A program made the position numbers and the translations under genes. Positions 28,238 through 41,240 of a stretch of DNA of 64,000 nt are shown here, in pieces (position 1 is the stretch's first letter; every line of letters begins with the position of its first letter). The notes beneath the pieces were generated by a model, which saw only the letters and a list, made by a program, of their open reading frames with translations, had not been told where the DNA came from and did not search any database. Origin of the DNA: Macrostomum lignano (taxonomy: Eukaryota); the NCBI GenBank assembly GCA_002269645.1, contig NIVC01003579.1, positions 1-64,000 on the forward strand. The letters run 5' to 3'.

Positions 28238-28689
28238 TCGAAATTTGTTTTAACTTGTTGGCTGATTAAAACAAAAAAGTGAATTGAATTTTTTACTTGG
28301 CTAATTGGGTTTCGTTTTTATTTCAGTTTTTTCTCCTTTTCAGTCATCGTTTTGAATCGGGCTCATGTGTTAAAAATTCAATTTGACTATTAAATATGTT
28401 GCTCAGTTAAACAAGATTTTGTTCTGACACTTTTTTGAAAAACTTTTAAAAACTTCGTCTCTCTGAAGCAGCCGGTTCCGGACTGAGTAAAGCACTTCAT
28501 TTCTTTAGGATTTCAACTAAGTGTTCCTCATTTTATTGCTTATTGATGTTTCTCAATAAAATCCTGTTCTACTCAAGGCTGTTTGCATAATTAATCACTT
28601 TAAGCATTTTTCTTGCAGCATGTACTTTTAATTCTTTCAGCTCATTCATTATTCAATAGTAAAAGAATCATAACAGGTTGATCCTGTGT

Positions 28690-31600
28690 CAAACAAGTGA
28701 CTCCTCCGTTAACAGGTGACTCCTCTGTGTCTAACAGGTGACTCATCCGTGTCTAACAGGTGACTCTTCTGTATCTAACAGGTGACTCTTCTGTGTCAAA
28801 CAGGTGACTCCTCCGTTAACAGGTGACTCCTCTGTGTCTAACAGGTGACTCCTCTGTGTCTAACAGGTGACTCATCCGTGTCTAACAGGTGACTCCTCTG
28901 TATCTAACAGGTGACTCATCTGTGTCTAACAGGTGACTCCTCTGTATCTAACAGGTGACTCATCTGTGTCTAACAGGTGACTCATCTGTGTCTAACAGGT
29001 GACTCTTCTGTGTCTAACAGGTGACTCCTGTGTGTCTAACAGGTGACTCCTCTGTGTCTAACAGGTGACTCATCTGTGTCTAACAGGTGATTCATCCGTG
29101 TCTAACAGGTGACTCCTCTGTATCTAACAGGTGACTCATCTGTATCTAACAGGTGACTCTTCTGTGTCTAACAGGTGACTCCTCCGTTAACAGGTGACTC
29201 CTCTGTGTCTAACAGGTGACTCCTCTGTGTCTAACAGGTGACTCATCCGTGTCTAACAGGTGACTCATCTGTATCTAACAGGTGACTCTTCTGTGTCAAA
29301 CAGGTGACTCCTCCGTTAACAGGTGACTCCTCTGTGTCTAACAGGCGACTTATCTGTGTCTAACAGGTGACTCATCCGTGTCTAACAGGTGACTCTTCTG
29401 TATCTAACAGGTGACTCTTCTGTGTCAAACAGGTGACTCTTCTGTGTCAAACAGGTGACTCCTCCGTTAACAGGTGACTCCTCTGTGTCTAACAGGTGAC
29501 TCCTGTGTGTCTAACAGGTGACTCATCTGTGTCTAACAGGTGACTCATCTGTGTCTAACAGGTGACTCCTCTGTGTCTAACAGGTGACTTATCTGTGTCT
29601 AACAGGTGACTCATCTGTGTCTAACAGGTGATTCATCCGTGTCTAACAAGTGACTCCTCTGTATCTAACAGGTGACTCCTCTGTGTCTAACAGGTGACTC
29701 CTGTGTGTCTAACAGGTGACTCCTCTGTGTCTAACAGGTGACTCCTCTGTGTCTAACAGGTGACTCATCTGTGTCTAACAGGTGACTCCTCTGTGTCTAA
29801 CAGGTGACTCATCTGTGTCTAACAGGTGACTCATCTGTGTCTAACAGGTGACTCATCTGTGTCTAACAGAGGCCTCCTCTGTGTCTAACAGGTGACTCAT
29901 CTGTGTCTAACAGGTGACTCTTCTGTGTCTAACAGGTGACTCCTGTGTGTCTAACAGGTGACTCCTCTGTGTCTAACAGGTGATTCATCCGTGTCTAACA
30001 GGTGACTCTTCTGTATCTAACAGGTGACTCTTCTGTGTCAAACAGGTGACTCTTCTGTGTCAAACAGGTGACTCCTCCGTTAACAGGTGACTCCTCTGTG
30101 TCTAACAGGTGACTCCTGTGTGTCTAACAGGTGACTCATCTGTGTCTAACAGGTGACTCATCTGTGTCTAACAGGTGACTCCTCTGTGTCTAACAGGCGA
30201 CTTATCTGTGTCTAACAGGTGACTCATCCGTGTCTAACAGGTGACTCTTCTGTATCTAACAGGTGACTCTTCTGTGTCAAACAGGTGACTCTTCTGTGTC
30301 AAACAGGTGACTCCTCCGTTAACAGGTGACTCCTCTGTGTCTAACAGGTGACTCCTGTGTGTCTAACAGGTGACTCATCTGTGTCTAACAGGTGACTCAT
30401 CTGTGTCTAACAGGTGACTCCTCTGTGTCTAACAGGTGACTTATCTGTGTCTAACAGGTGACTCATCTGTGTCTAACAGGTGATTCATCCGTGTCTAACA
30501 AGTGACTCCTCTGTATCTAACAGGTGACTCCTCTGTGTCTAACAGGTGACTCCTGTGTGTCTAACAGGTGACTCCTCTGTGTCTAACAGGTGACTCCTCT
30601 GTGTCTAACAGGTGACTCATCTGTGTCTAACAGGTGACTCCTCTGTGTCTAACAGGTGACTCATCTGTGTCTAACAGGTGACTCATCTGTGTCTAACAGG
30701 TGACTCATCTGTGTCTAACAGAGGCCTCCTCTGTGTCTAACAGGTGACTCATCTGTGTCTAACAGGTGACTCTTCTGTGTCTAACAGGTGACTCCTGTGT
30801 GTCTAACAGGTGACTCCTCTGTGTCTAACAGGTGATTCATCCGTGTCTAACAGGTGACTCCTCTGTATCTAACAGGTGACTCATCTGTGTCTAACAGGTG
30901 ACTCCTCTGTATCTAACAGGTAACTCTTCTGTGTCTAACAGGTGACTCTTCTGTGTCTAACAGGTGACTTATCTGTGTCTAACAGGTGACTCATCTGTGT
31001 CTAACAGGTGACTCCTCTGTGTCTAACAGGCGACTCATCTGTGACTAACAGGTGACTCCTCTGTGTCTAACAGGTGACTCATCTGTGTCTAACAGGTGAC
31101 TCATCTGTGTCTAACAGGTGACTCCTCTGTATCTAACAGGTGACTCTTCTGTGTCTAACAGGTGACTTATCTGTGTCTAACAGGTGACTCATCTGTGTCT
31201 AACAGGTGACTCATCTGTGTCTAACAGGCGACTCCTCTGTGTCTAAGAGGTGTCTCCTCTGTGTCTAACAGGTGACTCCTGTGTGTCTAACAGGTGACTC
31301 ATCTGTGTCTAACAGGTGACTCCTCTGTGTCTAACAGGTGACTTATCTGTGTCTAACAGGTGACTCATCTGTGTCTAACAGGTGATTCATCCGTGTCTAA
31401 CAGGTGACTCCTCTGTGTCTAACAGGTGACTCATCCATGTCTAACAGGTGACTCATCCGTGTCTAACAGGTGACTCATCTGTGTCTAACAGGTGACTTAT
31501 CTGTGTCTAACAGGTGACTCATCTGTGTCTAACAGGTGACTCATCTGTATCTAACAGGTGACTCATCTGTATCTAACAGGTGACTCATCTGTGTCTAACA

Positions 31601-31778
31601 GGTGACTCATCTGTATCTAACAGGTGACTCATCTGTGTCTAACAGGCGACTCATCTGTGTCTAACAGGCGACTCCTCTGTGTCTAACAGGTGACTCATCT
31701 GTGTCTAACAGGTGACTCATCTGTATCTAACAGGTGACTCATCTGTATCTAACAGGTGACTCTTCTGTGTCTAACAGC
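28690..31778. repeat. 22-bp minisatellite, ~3.1 kb, between arginase and aminopeptidase 3' ends
   Basis: TCTAACAGGTGACTC(A/C/T)TCTGTG, about 140 units. Confidence 0.98.
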
Positions 31779-33212
31779 ACTGTGAGATCGTCTTTCATCC
31801 TCGGCTTAGCTATCCCGTTCAATCAGCAATTCCAGATTGACCGCAGAAGCAGAATCCTGGGGAATTAGGAAATTACTGAGGCCTCCTTTTGGGAACCGCG
31901 CTCTAGATAAAAAATCCTCTGTTGCAAGTCTGCATGTACCACTCACAGAGTCCCTTAGCAAAAAATAGTCTAAGCATGGCTCCAAAATGGCTCCGTAGTA
32001 GCAGGCTGGGATCCCATCTCGGGTGTACTTTTTGTATGCAGTCACTGGTTGGTGGCCACACCTTTGTTGTGTATACCTATAAAAATGTCCGCGGAGCTGC
32101 TAAAAGTTTAGCTCAGGGTACCTTGGCCGTTCAGTCACACGAGAAGCTACCTTCTACCCACTACCAACTACAAATACTAAACAAAATATATACATTGTAA
32201 AAGTGCTTTCTACTTTCAGTTCAGTACAAAGAAGAATACATAAGCTTATTTTATAAAAATGAAGGCAGCTGAAATGGCTTTGATAAGTTTAGAAGCCCCA
32301 AGCCTGCGGACGTAAGCAGCTTGCTAATTGGTTCAGCCATAATGTACATGAGCCAGTCCACTGAAATGTACATGGCAGCTTTAGGCTGGAATTCCGAGAG
32401 AGGGCAATAAAAATTGGAACGGGACGGGGTTAGTGTACAAAGGCGCGGTTGGAGGGTTTAAGCTGGGTGGGGGTAAGTCTAAGCCTTGTAGGCTTTTAAA
32501 AATACATTACGCTCGTAAAACGCTTCTGTTTAACTTACTACTGAACTTACTACAATTAAATACGCAGATAAGTATAACAAAAGTTATCGTGAATAAAATA
32601 GTAAACTGTTGCACCCAAAAGGTCTAATAAAGTGTTATAATTTTTAACAATGTTGAAATAAAAATTGAAACAAAATATTGAATCCGAAGCACAACAACTG
32701 GGAAACATTTTGAAGTAGTTGCATTCGCACTTTTAGAATTAGGCCTTTGTTTTTATAAAAGTAATTAGAAATCTGAAGTTTTTACCCTAAGTTAGAAGAT
32801 AGGTAGAAATTTATGAAATGCCCAGGCGCAGTGAAGGGCGAGGCAGAAGAGCACAATAGAACCCCTAGATAGCTATTAGAAGGGCAAACAGAAGCAGCAT
32901 TTACAAGACAATTAATCAACTGTCAAGGGTATGAATAACCGAATCTAATAAAGCCTCTTTCCATTCCAGTGAGTAGCAACACCCCGCCGAAGGCACAATG
33001 GCGCTCAAACTAGCTGGGAGAAGCATCCCCAAGTAGCTTGACAACCGAGAGAGACAGAGGACTGTGTAATCATCTATGGACAGAGTTAAGAGAAGGAAAA
33101 CGAAGCTCTTTTTTCCATAATCTTTCTATCCCAAAATTTATCCAACTCAACACATAGATTTGCAAAACCCCGAATACTCTCTTACCCACGCACATAGCAA
33201 CCTACTAGAACT

Positions 33213-33652
33213 GGGGGCGCTTCATAAGACCTAAATTTCACAACGCCTAAAGCACATGACTTCACATCACCTAAATTTCATATCGCCTAAATTTCACAAC
33301 GCCTAAAATCGAAAATGCAGCCGCCTTCACAACGCCTAAATTTCACATCGTCTAAATTTCACAACGCCTAAAATTTCTGCACGCTCCTTCACATCGCCTA
33401 AATTTCATATCGCCTAAATTTCATAACGCCTAAAACCGAAAATGCATCCTACTTCATATCGCCTAAATTTAAAATCGCCTAAATTTCACAACGCCTAAAA
33501 ATCTGCATGCTCTTTTATATCGCCTAAACTTCATATCGCCTAAATTTCACAACACCTAAAACTGAATGTGAAGGAGAGAAGCAAAGATTTTAGGCGTTGT
33601 GAAGTGTGGTGGTTTTAGGCGTCGTGAAATTTAGGTCTTATGAAAGCGTCCC
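33213..33652. mobile_element. MITE, 440 bp, GG-terminated TIRs, 8-bp TSD
   Basis: Left GGGGGCGCTTCATAAGACCTAAATTTCACAACGCCTAAA; right TTTAGGCGTCGTGAAATTTAGGTCTTATGAAAGCGTCCC. CTAGAACT at 33205-33212 and 33653-33660; internal ATCGCCTAAATTTC modules. Confidence 0.88.
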
Positions 33653-34327
33653 CTAGAACTAACTAAACTCGTGTACAACTAGAGGACTGAGTCCCAGATT
33701 TTTATTGCTTAAACCCCCGCCGTTGCTAACCACGCGAAGACACCCCACCAGCGGCGGGGGAGATCAAAAATGCCAATCGGTATAAAATAGACGCCCATCT
33801 CAAACTGGACCGGCACTCTCTTTGCTTCTGGTTTGCACGATTTCAGATCTTAACTCGCTCCACTTGTATTGGTCTCTGGATTATCTAGTTGGCTCAGATC
33901 TAAGTCTTAACACCAATTATTTGCCTTAAAAGTTACACAGAGCAAATATTTGTGTGATCAAATTCAGTCTGGATACTAGGAGATCCCGTCAGTTATACGG
34001 TTTCCTCTGGCGGCCTGATAGAAGAAACAAAGAGCTGTAAGAACCTTAGACCGCTAGACCTACCCCATAGAAGTGAGAACACAATCATGAAACCCCAGAG
34101 AAAACGCGTATTAGTTTTAATTTTTGTTTATTAACTCGTGTTTAGAAGAAGAAATAACAGTAAAGTAATTGTTTATTATTTTATATACTTGTAAATTTAT
34201 CCGTTATAGCTCGTAGAATCAGGATTATTTGGCTCAAAATGTAACTAAAGCATTTAGTATGCAGTCTTGATTGTTCTAGTTAAACAGAAAACAAAAAATC
34301 AATAGTAAATTGACTGCTAATAACACA

Positions 34328-34818
34328 CAGGGGCGTCACCAACGGGGGGTGACAGGGGGACATGTCCCCCCCCCCAGTAAAAGATCTGGGGGACATGCCG
34401 ATGCTTTGTCCCCCCCCCACCCCACCTTGTGACCCGTTATGGAAATCAATAATTTTGCTGCCAGGCGAAAAAACATAGTGCCTGCGACGCTAAAATGAGT
34501 GCCCGAGGCGCTAAAATGAGTGTCCGAGGCGCTAAAATGAGTGCCCGAGGCGCTAAAATGAGTGCCTGCGGCGCTAAAAAGAGTGCCCGAGGCGCTAAAA
34601 TGAGTGCCTGCGGCGCTAAAATGAGTGCCCGAGGCGCTAAAAAGAGTGCCCGAGGCGCTAAAATGAGTGCCTGCGGCGCTAAAATGAGTGCTGACAACAC
34701 CGATTCTGAAAATAATGTACATGTAAGAATTTAGTCATGTACATGTAGATGTGTACTTCAGTAGTATAATCATTGGCTTTGTCCCCCCTCCACCATAAAG
34801 TCCATGGCGACGCCCCTG
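34328..34818. mobile_element. hAT-type MITE, 491 bp, with internal 21-bp tandem repeat
   Basis: TIR CAGGGGCGTCRCCA at both ends; 8-bp TSD ATAACACA at 34320-34327 and 34819-34826. Internal GGCGCTAAAATGAGTGCCCGA x~9 (34487-34693). Confidence 0.9.
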
Positions 34819-35084
34819 ATAACACATTAAATTTAAATCTCACAGTTAAGTGTAGCTTATATGTAGCTTTTTTAAAGTGCGGCTTAAAGTCTTGCGCTCT
34901 GACATCTTCCCCTTTCTGTGGCCACTCATGGCCGGCGGAAGGTGGGTGCAGTTTTGGTTGTCGTTGTTATATACTACTACTACATATTAGTATATGGACT
35001 TTTAATGTAATTCCGATATAATATTTCATCGTTTCTGTTTTCAATTGTTCGCACGGCAGCTTTGGATGCGGTGTGTAATGCAAA

Positions 35085-37420
35085 TCATTTTCCTGTTTTA
35101 CATTTGTACCCTGTAATATCCTCAGAGATGTCCGGATTTTTCAGACAAGTCGAGTTCCTGACCTTACATTTATTGCACTCATCTTTGGCGAAGTTGATGC
35201 AATAGGTAAAATCTCGGTCGCAAGTCTCGCGAGCTGTCAACTCAGCCAGCATCCCAACCAACGGCGATGCCTTCGGAGTGACAGTTGTGACATAATTGAA
35301 AACTTTTTTTGCGATGCGCTCCACAGTTTTTGCTGGCAGAACGGAGGAAGTCATTTTCTTCAAGTTGCTCCAAAATACGGCCCAAGGTGCGAATTCGGTT
35401 TCATTCTCCAAGTATTCCGTGACGATCTTCAACGGCACAGAGTAATCAATTATTCCTAGAGATGCCAAGGTGAAGCTGTCATATATCAGACTGGCTCTGT
35501 CAGCAGGTGTGAACACTGTGTGATCTGTTGTTAACTGAGCAGCCAGTCTGTCCCAGTTCTGTCTGTCATAATTCACCTGATAGTGCCCGCTCGACCTCAG
35601 GTTGATCAGGTACCAATCCGTAGATGAGTCCAAGGGCAGCCTTAGCGTCTCGCCTCTCATCCAGTGAACCAGGTGCGCCACCTCCGATCTGCTCCATCCA
35701 GTATGGTTCAAGTTGGTCATGGCAGTGATGGAATACTCCAGGTCAGGTTGGACTTCTCTTTATGACTGAGGCTTACAATATCCTGCTGCCTGAGAAGCAG
35801 CGAACCATTTTCCATGGAGCAAGTCACCAGTGGATAGCCTACCTGCTTGACCCACGAACTCATCACCGTTTCAGCGTCCAGGCTCTGCTTGTGAATCCGC
35901 AGCTGCTCATTCAGACTGGAGTAAAAATCTTCCGAGCCAGCGTTTGAGTAGCTGTGCTTCCTGATGTAGCTGGACACGGCAGCGCCAAACACGCGAGCGC
36001 CGATGGAGTTGAGCATCATTCGAACTACGGAGCCACCTTTGTAATATACAATGTAGTCAAAAAGACCATCAATTTCCGTTGGTGTTGAGACGTCCATCTG
36101 GATCGGGTGAACTTTATTACGTTTTCGTTCGCGGTTCATAACATGCTTATATTTTTGATCCACAACAAAATGACTGTCCAAGTCCGACTCCGAGCCCCAT
36201 AAACCGAGCCCCAGATAGCTGTAGAATGTCGAAAATGCTTCGTTGAGCCAGATTTCATTCCACCATTTCATAGTAACCAGGTTCCCAAACCACTGGTGGA
36301 CGATCTCGTGAGACACGGTGAGAGCGTTTGATAGTTTTGATTTTGTTGTGGTAGTATTCTCATCGTACACAAGGATATTCTGCTGGTAAATTATGAGTCC
36401 CCAGTTCTCCATCGCCGCAAAGTGAAACAGAGGAACCCCTGCTTGCTTGGTGATGTTCGTTTTATAGGTCACGTTGAGCAGCTCTTCAAAGGCTCCGATG
36501 GCTTTAGCAGCTAGAGAAAGAGTGAAGTTGGATTTCTGGACCAGCTCTGGTGGCAGCCAGTTGGTAAAAACTCGTCCCTTGCTGTCGGTAAGACTGATGG
36601 ATTGAAACTTCGCCACCAGGAAGGCCAGGGTGTAGGTAGACATTGTCGGAGTTGTCTCGAAATCGTCTTTTATTACAGCTTTGGGTTCCGCAGAGTTGGG
36701 AAACCAGGTGTTTCCAGGTACTGAGGATGAGGATTTGATTGGCATGTTGCTCAGAGCAGTGAATTCTCTGCCTCTGACCAAACTGACATTGAACTCCGCC
36801 TTCATTGCTGGCTCATCAAAGCAGGGAAAAACTTCTCTAGCATGGGTTGGTTCAAGCTGCGATGATACCAGATAGTATTCTGTGCTGTTCTCAGAATAAC
36901 TGCTGCTCAAGTAGAGTCCAGTTTTTCCATTCTTCACGAATTTTCCTTTGAATCTGTCGATCAGCACTGTGTAGGTCTCGCCGGCTCGAAGCGGCTCGCC
37001 CAGCTTAATGGTCAGCCATTGTTTCTCCACATTTTCCTCAATTTTCTCTACACTGACGTCACCACCTGTGCTGTTTCGCACCCGCACTGTTGGAACTTCC
37101 AATCGGACGGAGTGCAACCTGAGCATGTCAGTGTCGTTAACAGCTTCAACAGCGATGGAGACACTGCCAGTGAAGTAGCAATCATCACGAATGTTCGAGT
37201 AAATAAACGGAGCAAGGGTCAGGGCGTAGCTCACTGGCTTCACGTCGGTTGGCAGTCGGTAGTTTGACTTGTCTTCAACTCCGGCGTTTCCATTGTCAGG
37301 GGCAGATCGCAGCAGCAGAGACAGCAGAATGGCCAGTGAGACTGCAATCAGCACTGCTGCCACCAGGGCAGTTACTAAGAGAAGCGTTTTTCGACGCGCA
37401 CCGATGCCTTTGGCTGGCAT
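35085..37420 (-). CDS. Intronless type II membrane M1 aminopeptidase (aminopeptidase N-like); 1-bp frameshift at ~35730 and short C-terminus
   Basis: N-terminal TM anchor, YRLP, SQLEPTHAREVFPCFDEP, AAMENWG, HEIVHQWFGNLVT..WLNE (HEXXH-18-E), YYKGGSVVRM. Adding one C gives WSIPITAMTN, continuing into ORF 35085-35720 (WYLINLRSSGHYQVNYD, ERAP1-C-like). Confidence 0.85.
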
Positions 37421-37829
37421 TTTAATCAGACTCGAATTCTGTCGGATGTTGGAAGTGCTCTATATATTGCGATGCCTTTTTAATAGCACTTGTAGTTACT
37501 AGTTATAGATTGAATTCAACGATTTAAATGCTACAGACAGATAATTATACTGCGAGTCTGTCTAGAAACATTTGCCACGCCCTTAACATTCTAGGAAGAC
37601 CATTTGCGCAGTTCAGACACTATCGACGCTATCAGTAGGTTTCGGCGTTTTTAGAGATGCGAACTGACCATTGTAAAATGTGTGTAAAGCCATACGCTAT
37701 TTATTATATCTGAACTCTAGTCGTTTCACCCATTTTTGTTTCAATTTTTGTTGAAATGATTTTAAACCTGTCCATTGTCTTCATTTTAATGTAGCTCGTA
37801 ATTCAAAACTCATGCCAAATCTATGCTAT

Positions 37830-38920
37830 TACAGGGGCTGACTGTGGAGCTGACTGTGGGCTGTCCGTGGGCTGACTTTGCAGCTGTCTGTGGGCTGTCC
37901 GTGAGCTGACTTTGGAGCTGTCTGTGGGCTGTCCGTGGGCTGTCCGTGGAGCTGTCTGTGGGCTGTCCGTGGGCTGGCTGTGGAACTGTCTGTGGGCTGT
38001 CCGTGGGCTGGCTGTGGAGCTGTCTGTGGGCTGTCCGTGGGCTGTCCGTGGAGCTGTCTGTGGGCTGTCCGTGAGCTGACTTTGGAGCTGTCTGTGGGCT
38101 GTCCGTGGGCTGGCTGTGGAGCTGTCTGTGGGCTGTCCGTGAGCTGACTTTGGAGCTGTCTGTGGGCTGTCCGTGGGCTGTCCGTGGAGCTGTCTGTGGG
38201 CTGTCCGTGGGCTGGCTGTGGAACTGTCTGTGGGCTGTCCGTGGGCTGGCTGTGGAGCTGTCTGTGGGCTGTCCGTGGGCTGTCCGTGGAGCTGTCTGTG
38301 GGCTGTCCGTGGGCTGGCTGTGGAGCTGTCTGTGGGCTGTCCGTGGGCTGGCTGTGGAGCTGTCTGTGGGCTGTCCGTGGGCTGGCTGTGGAGCTATCTG
38401 TGGGCTGTCCGTGGGCTGGCTGTGGAGCTGTCTGTGGGCTGTCCGTGGGCTGGCTGTGGAACTGTCTGTGGGCTGTCCGTGGGCTGGCTGTGGAGCTGTC
38501 TGTGGGCTGTCCGTGAGCTGACTTTGGAGCTGTCTGTGGGCTGTCCGTGGGCTGTCCGTGGAGCTGTCTGTGGGCTGTCCGTGGCTGGCTGTGGAACTGT
38601 CTGTGGGCTGTCCGTGGGCTGGCTGTGGAGCTGTCTGTGGGCTGTCCGTGGGCTGTCCGTGGAGCTGTCTGTGGGCTGTCCGTGGACTGGCTGTGGAGCT
38701 GTCTGTGGGCTGTCCGTGGGCTGGCTGTGGAGCTGTCTGTGGGCTGTCCGTGGGCTGGCTGTGGAGCTATCTGTGGGCTGTCCGTGGGCTGGCTGTGGAG
38801 CTGTCTGTGGGCTGTCCGTGGGCTGTCCGTGGGCTGACTGTGGAGCTGTCTGTAGGCTGTCCGTGGGCTGACTGTGGAGCTGTCCGTGGGCTGACTGTGG
38901 AGCTGTCTGTGGGCTGTCCG
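37830..38920. repeat. GC-rich modular minisatellite (11-12-bp modules)
   Basis: GGGCTGTCCGT / GGGCTGGCTGT / GGAGCTGTCTGT modules, ~420 bp upstream of the aminopeptidase ATG. Confidence 0.95.
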
Positions 38921-39099
38921 CCAAAAGCCACGGATCTAAACAAACAAGCAATAGCAGAATACGAGAATACGAGTCAACAATACTACTGCTAGTAGGCGAT
39001 AAACTAAATGGAATTACAGAACAAATATTAACTCTTCTACTACAATAACTACCAGATCTGATTTCTAGAAAATGGCGCCAGGTTGGAGTTTTAGGAATC

Positions 39100-39595
39100 G
39101 GCGCTTGACTAGATTTTTAAGAATCGGCACTTGATTGGATTTCTAAGAATCGGTGCTTGATTAGATTTCTAAGAATCGGCGCTTGATTAGATTTCTAAGA
39201 ATCGGCGCTTGATTGGATTTCTAATAATCGGTGCTTGATTAGATTTCTAAGAATCGGTGCTTGATTAGATTTCTAATAATTGGTGCTTGATTATAGATTT
39301 CTAAGAATCGGCGCCTGACTAGATTTCTAAGAATCGGCGCTTGATTAGATTTCTAAGAATCGGCGCTTGACTAGATTTCTAAGAATCGGTGCAAAATTGA
39401 ATTTCTAAGAATCGGCGCTTGACTAGATTTCTAAGAATCGGTGCAAAATTGAATTTCTAAGAATCGGCGCTTGATTAGATTTCTAAGAATCGGCGCTTGA
39501 CTAGATTTCTAAGAATCGGTGCAAAATTGAATTTCTAAGAATCGGCGCTTGATTAGATTTCTAAGAATCGGTGCAAAATTGAATTTCTAAGAATT
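39100..39595. repeat. 26-bp minisatellite
   Basis: GATTTCTAAGAATCGGYGCTTGAYTA. Confidence 0.93.
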
Positions 39596-40262
39596 TTCAC
39601 CAGATTGTATTTCTAAGAACGGGTACCAGTTTAAAAACCATAGCACATACTTGTTTTGAAGAAATCAGTGTAGTATGATCAGTTTAAGATGGATTAAAAT
39701 CCCATAAATTTCTTTGCTAATAAAATTAATTGCTACCATTTGCCTAGAAGCAACTGGTTTCATTTCGTTTCTGCAATTAATTGATTAATCCTATCTGATT
39801 AATCCATTAGAGATAGGATACAGTGTGTTTAGTTATAATTAGACAACAATTTCAACAAGCGTTATTAAGCAATTAATTCCATTAGGACTCAGCTAATGTT
39901 GTAAGCCACTCACTCAGTAGACAAATGATATCGCCATTTTAAAGTTCCAAGTTCGGTGACGTCACAAAGAGGCCGTGACTTGAAAGATTTCTCTTAGCTG
40001 ACTAAGAATTATCATCTGCTCTCTCATTTTCCAGCTTTTGTCAAACACAGTCAGGTCTACTCCAAATTTGGTCAAGCACTATGCATGAAGACACCGCGTT
40101 AATTTTTGCATGTCGGCAGAAACAAGTTTTCCTATTCTTTGCGTTGCTCTGCGAGTCATTATATTTAGTGATCTGCATTGCTCTGCTGCCTTGACTAAAT
40201 AGACATTTTCAAAGTTCTTCTTTTTAGTACCTGTCACATGCACATCATAGTTCATACTTGTT

Positions 40263-41240
40263 TCCTCTGTGCCTTCCCCTCTCCCCTCTGTGCCTTTCCC
40301 TCTCCCCTCTGTGCCTCCCCTCTCCCCTCTGTGCCTTTCCCTCTCCCCTCTGTGCCTTTCCCTCTCCCCTCTGTGCCTCCCCTCTCCCCTCTGTGCCTTC
40401 CCCTCTCCCCTCTGTGCCTTCCCCTCTCCCCTCTGTGCCTTCCCCTCTCCCCTCTGTGCCTTCCCCTCTCCCCTCTGTGCCTTCCCCTCTCCCCTCTGTG
40501 CCTTTCCCTCTCCCCTCTGTGCCTCCCCTCTCCCCTCTGTGCCTTCCCCTCTCCCCTCTGTGCCTTCCCCTCTCCCCTCTGTGCCTTTCCCTCTCCCCTC
40601 TGTGCCTTCCCCTCTCCCCTCTGTGCCTTCCCCTCTCCCCTCTGTGCCTTCCCCTCTCGCCTCTGTGCCTTCCCTCTCCCCTCTGTGCCTTCCCCTCTCC
40701 CCTCTGTGCCTTCCCCTCTCCCCTCTGTGCCTTTCCCTCTCCCCTCTGTGCCTTCCCCTCTCCCCTCTGTGCCTTCCCCTCTCCCCTCTGTGCCTTTCCC
40801 TCTCCCCTCTGTGCCTCCCCTCTCCCCTCTGTGCCTTCCCTCTCCCCTCTGTGCCTTTCCCTCTCCCTCTGTGCCTTCCCCTCTCCCCTCTGTGCCTTCC
40901 CTCTCCCCTCTGTGCCTTTCCCTCTCCCCTCTGTGCCTCCCCTCTCCCCTCTGTGCCTCCCCTCTCCCCTCTGTGCCTTCCCCTCTCCCCTCTGTGCCTT
41001 CCCCTCTCCCCTCTGTGCCTTCCCCTCTCCCCTCTGTGCCTTCCCCTCTCCCCTCTGTGCCTTCCCCTCTCCCCTCTGTGCCTTCCCCTCTCCCCTCTGT
41101 GCCTTCCCCTCTCCCCTCTGTGCCTTCCCCTCTCCCCTCTGTGCCTTCCCCTCTCCCCTCTGTGCCTTCCCCTCTCCTCTCTGTGCCTTCCCCTCTCCTC
41201 TCTGTGTCTTCCCCTCTCCCTCTCTCCCCTCTGTGCCTTT
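40263..41240. repeat. 20/21-bp pyrimidine-rich minisatellite
   Basis: CCCTCTCCCCTCTGTGCCTT(C). Confidence 0.97.

Noticed and set aside
39960-40235. Protein-like minus-strand stretch GTKKKNFENVYLVKAAEQCRSLNIM..RCLHA*
   Set aside because: No family recognised, in-frame stop and no partner exons; could be a TE relic. A tblastx search would decide.
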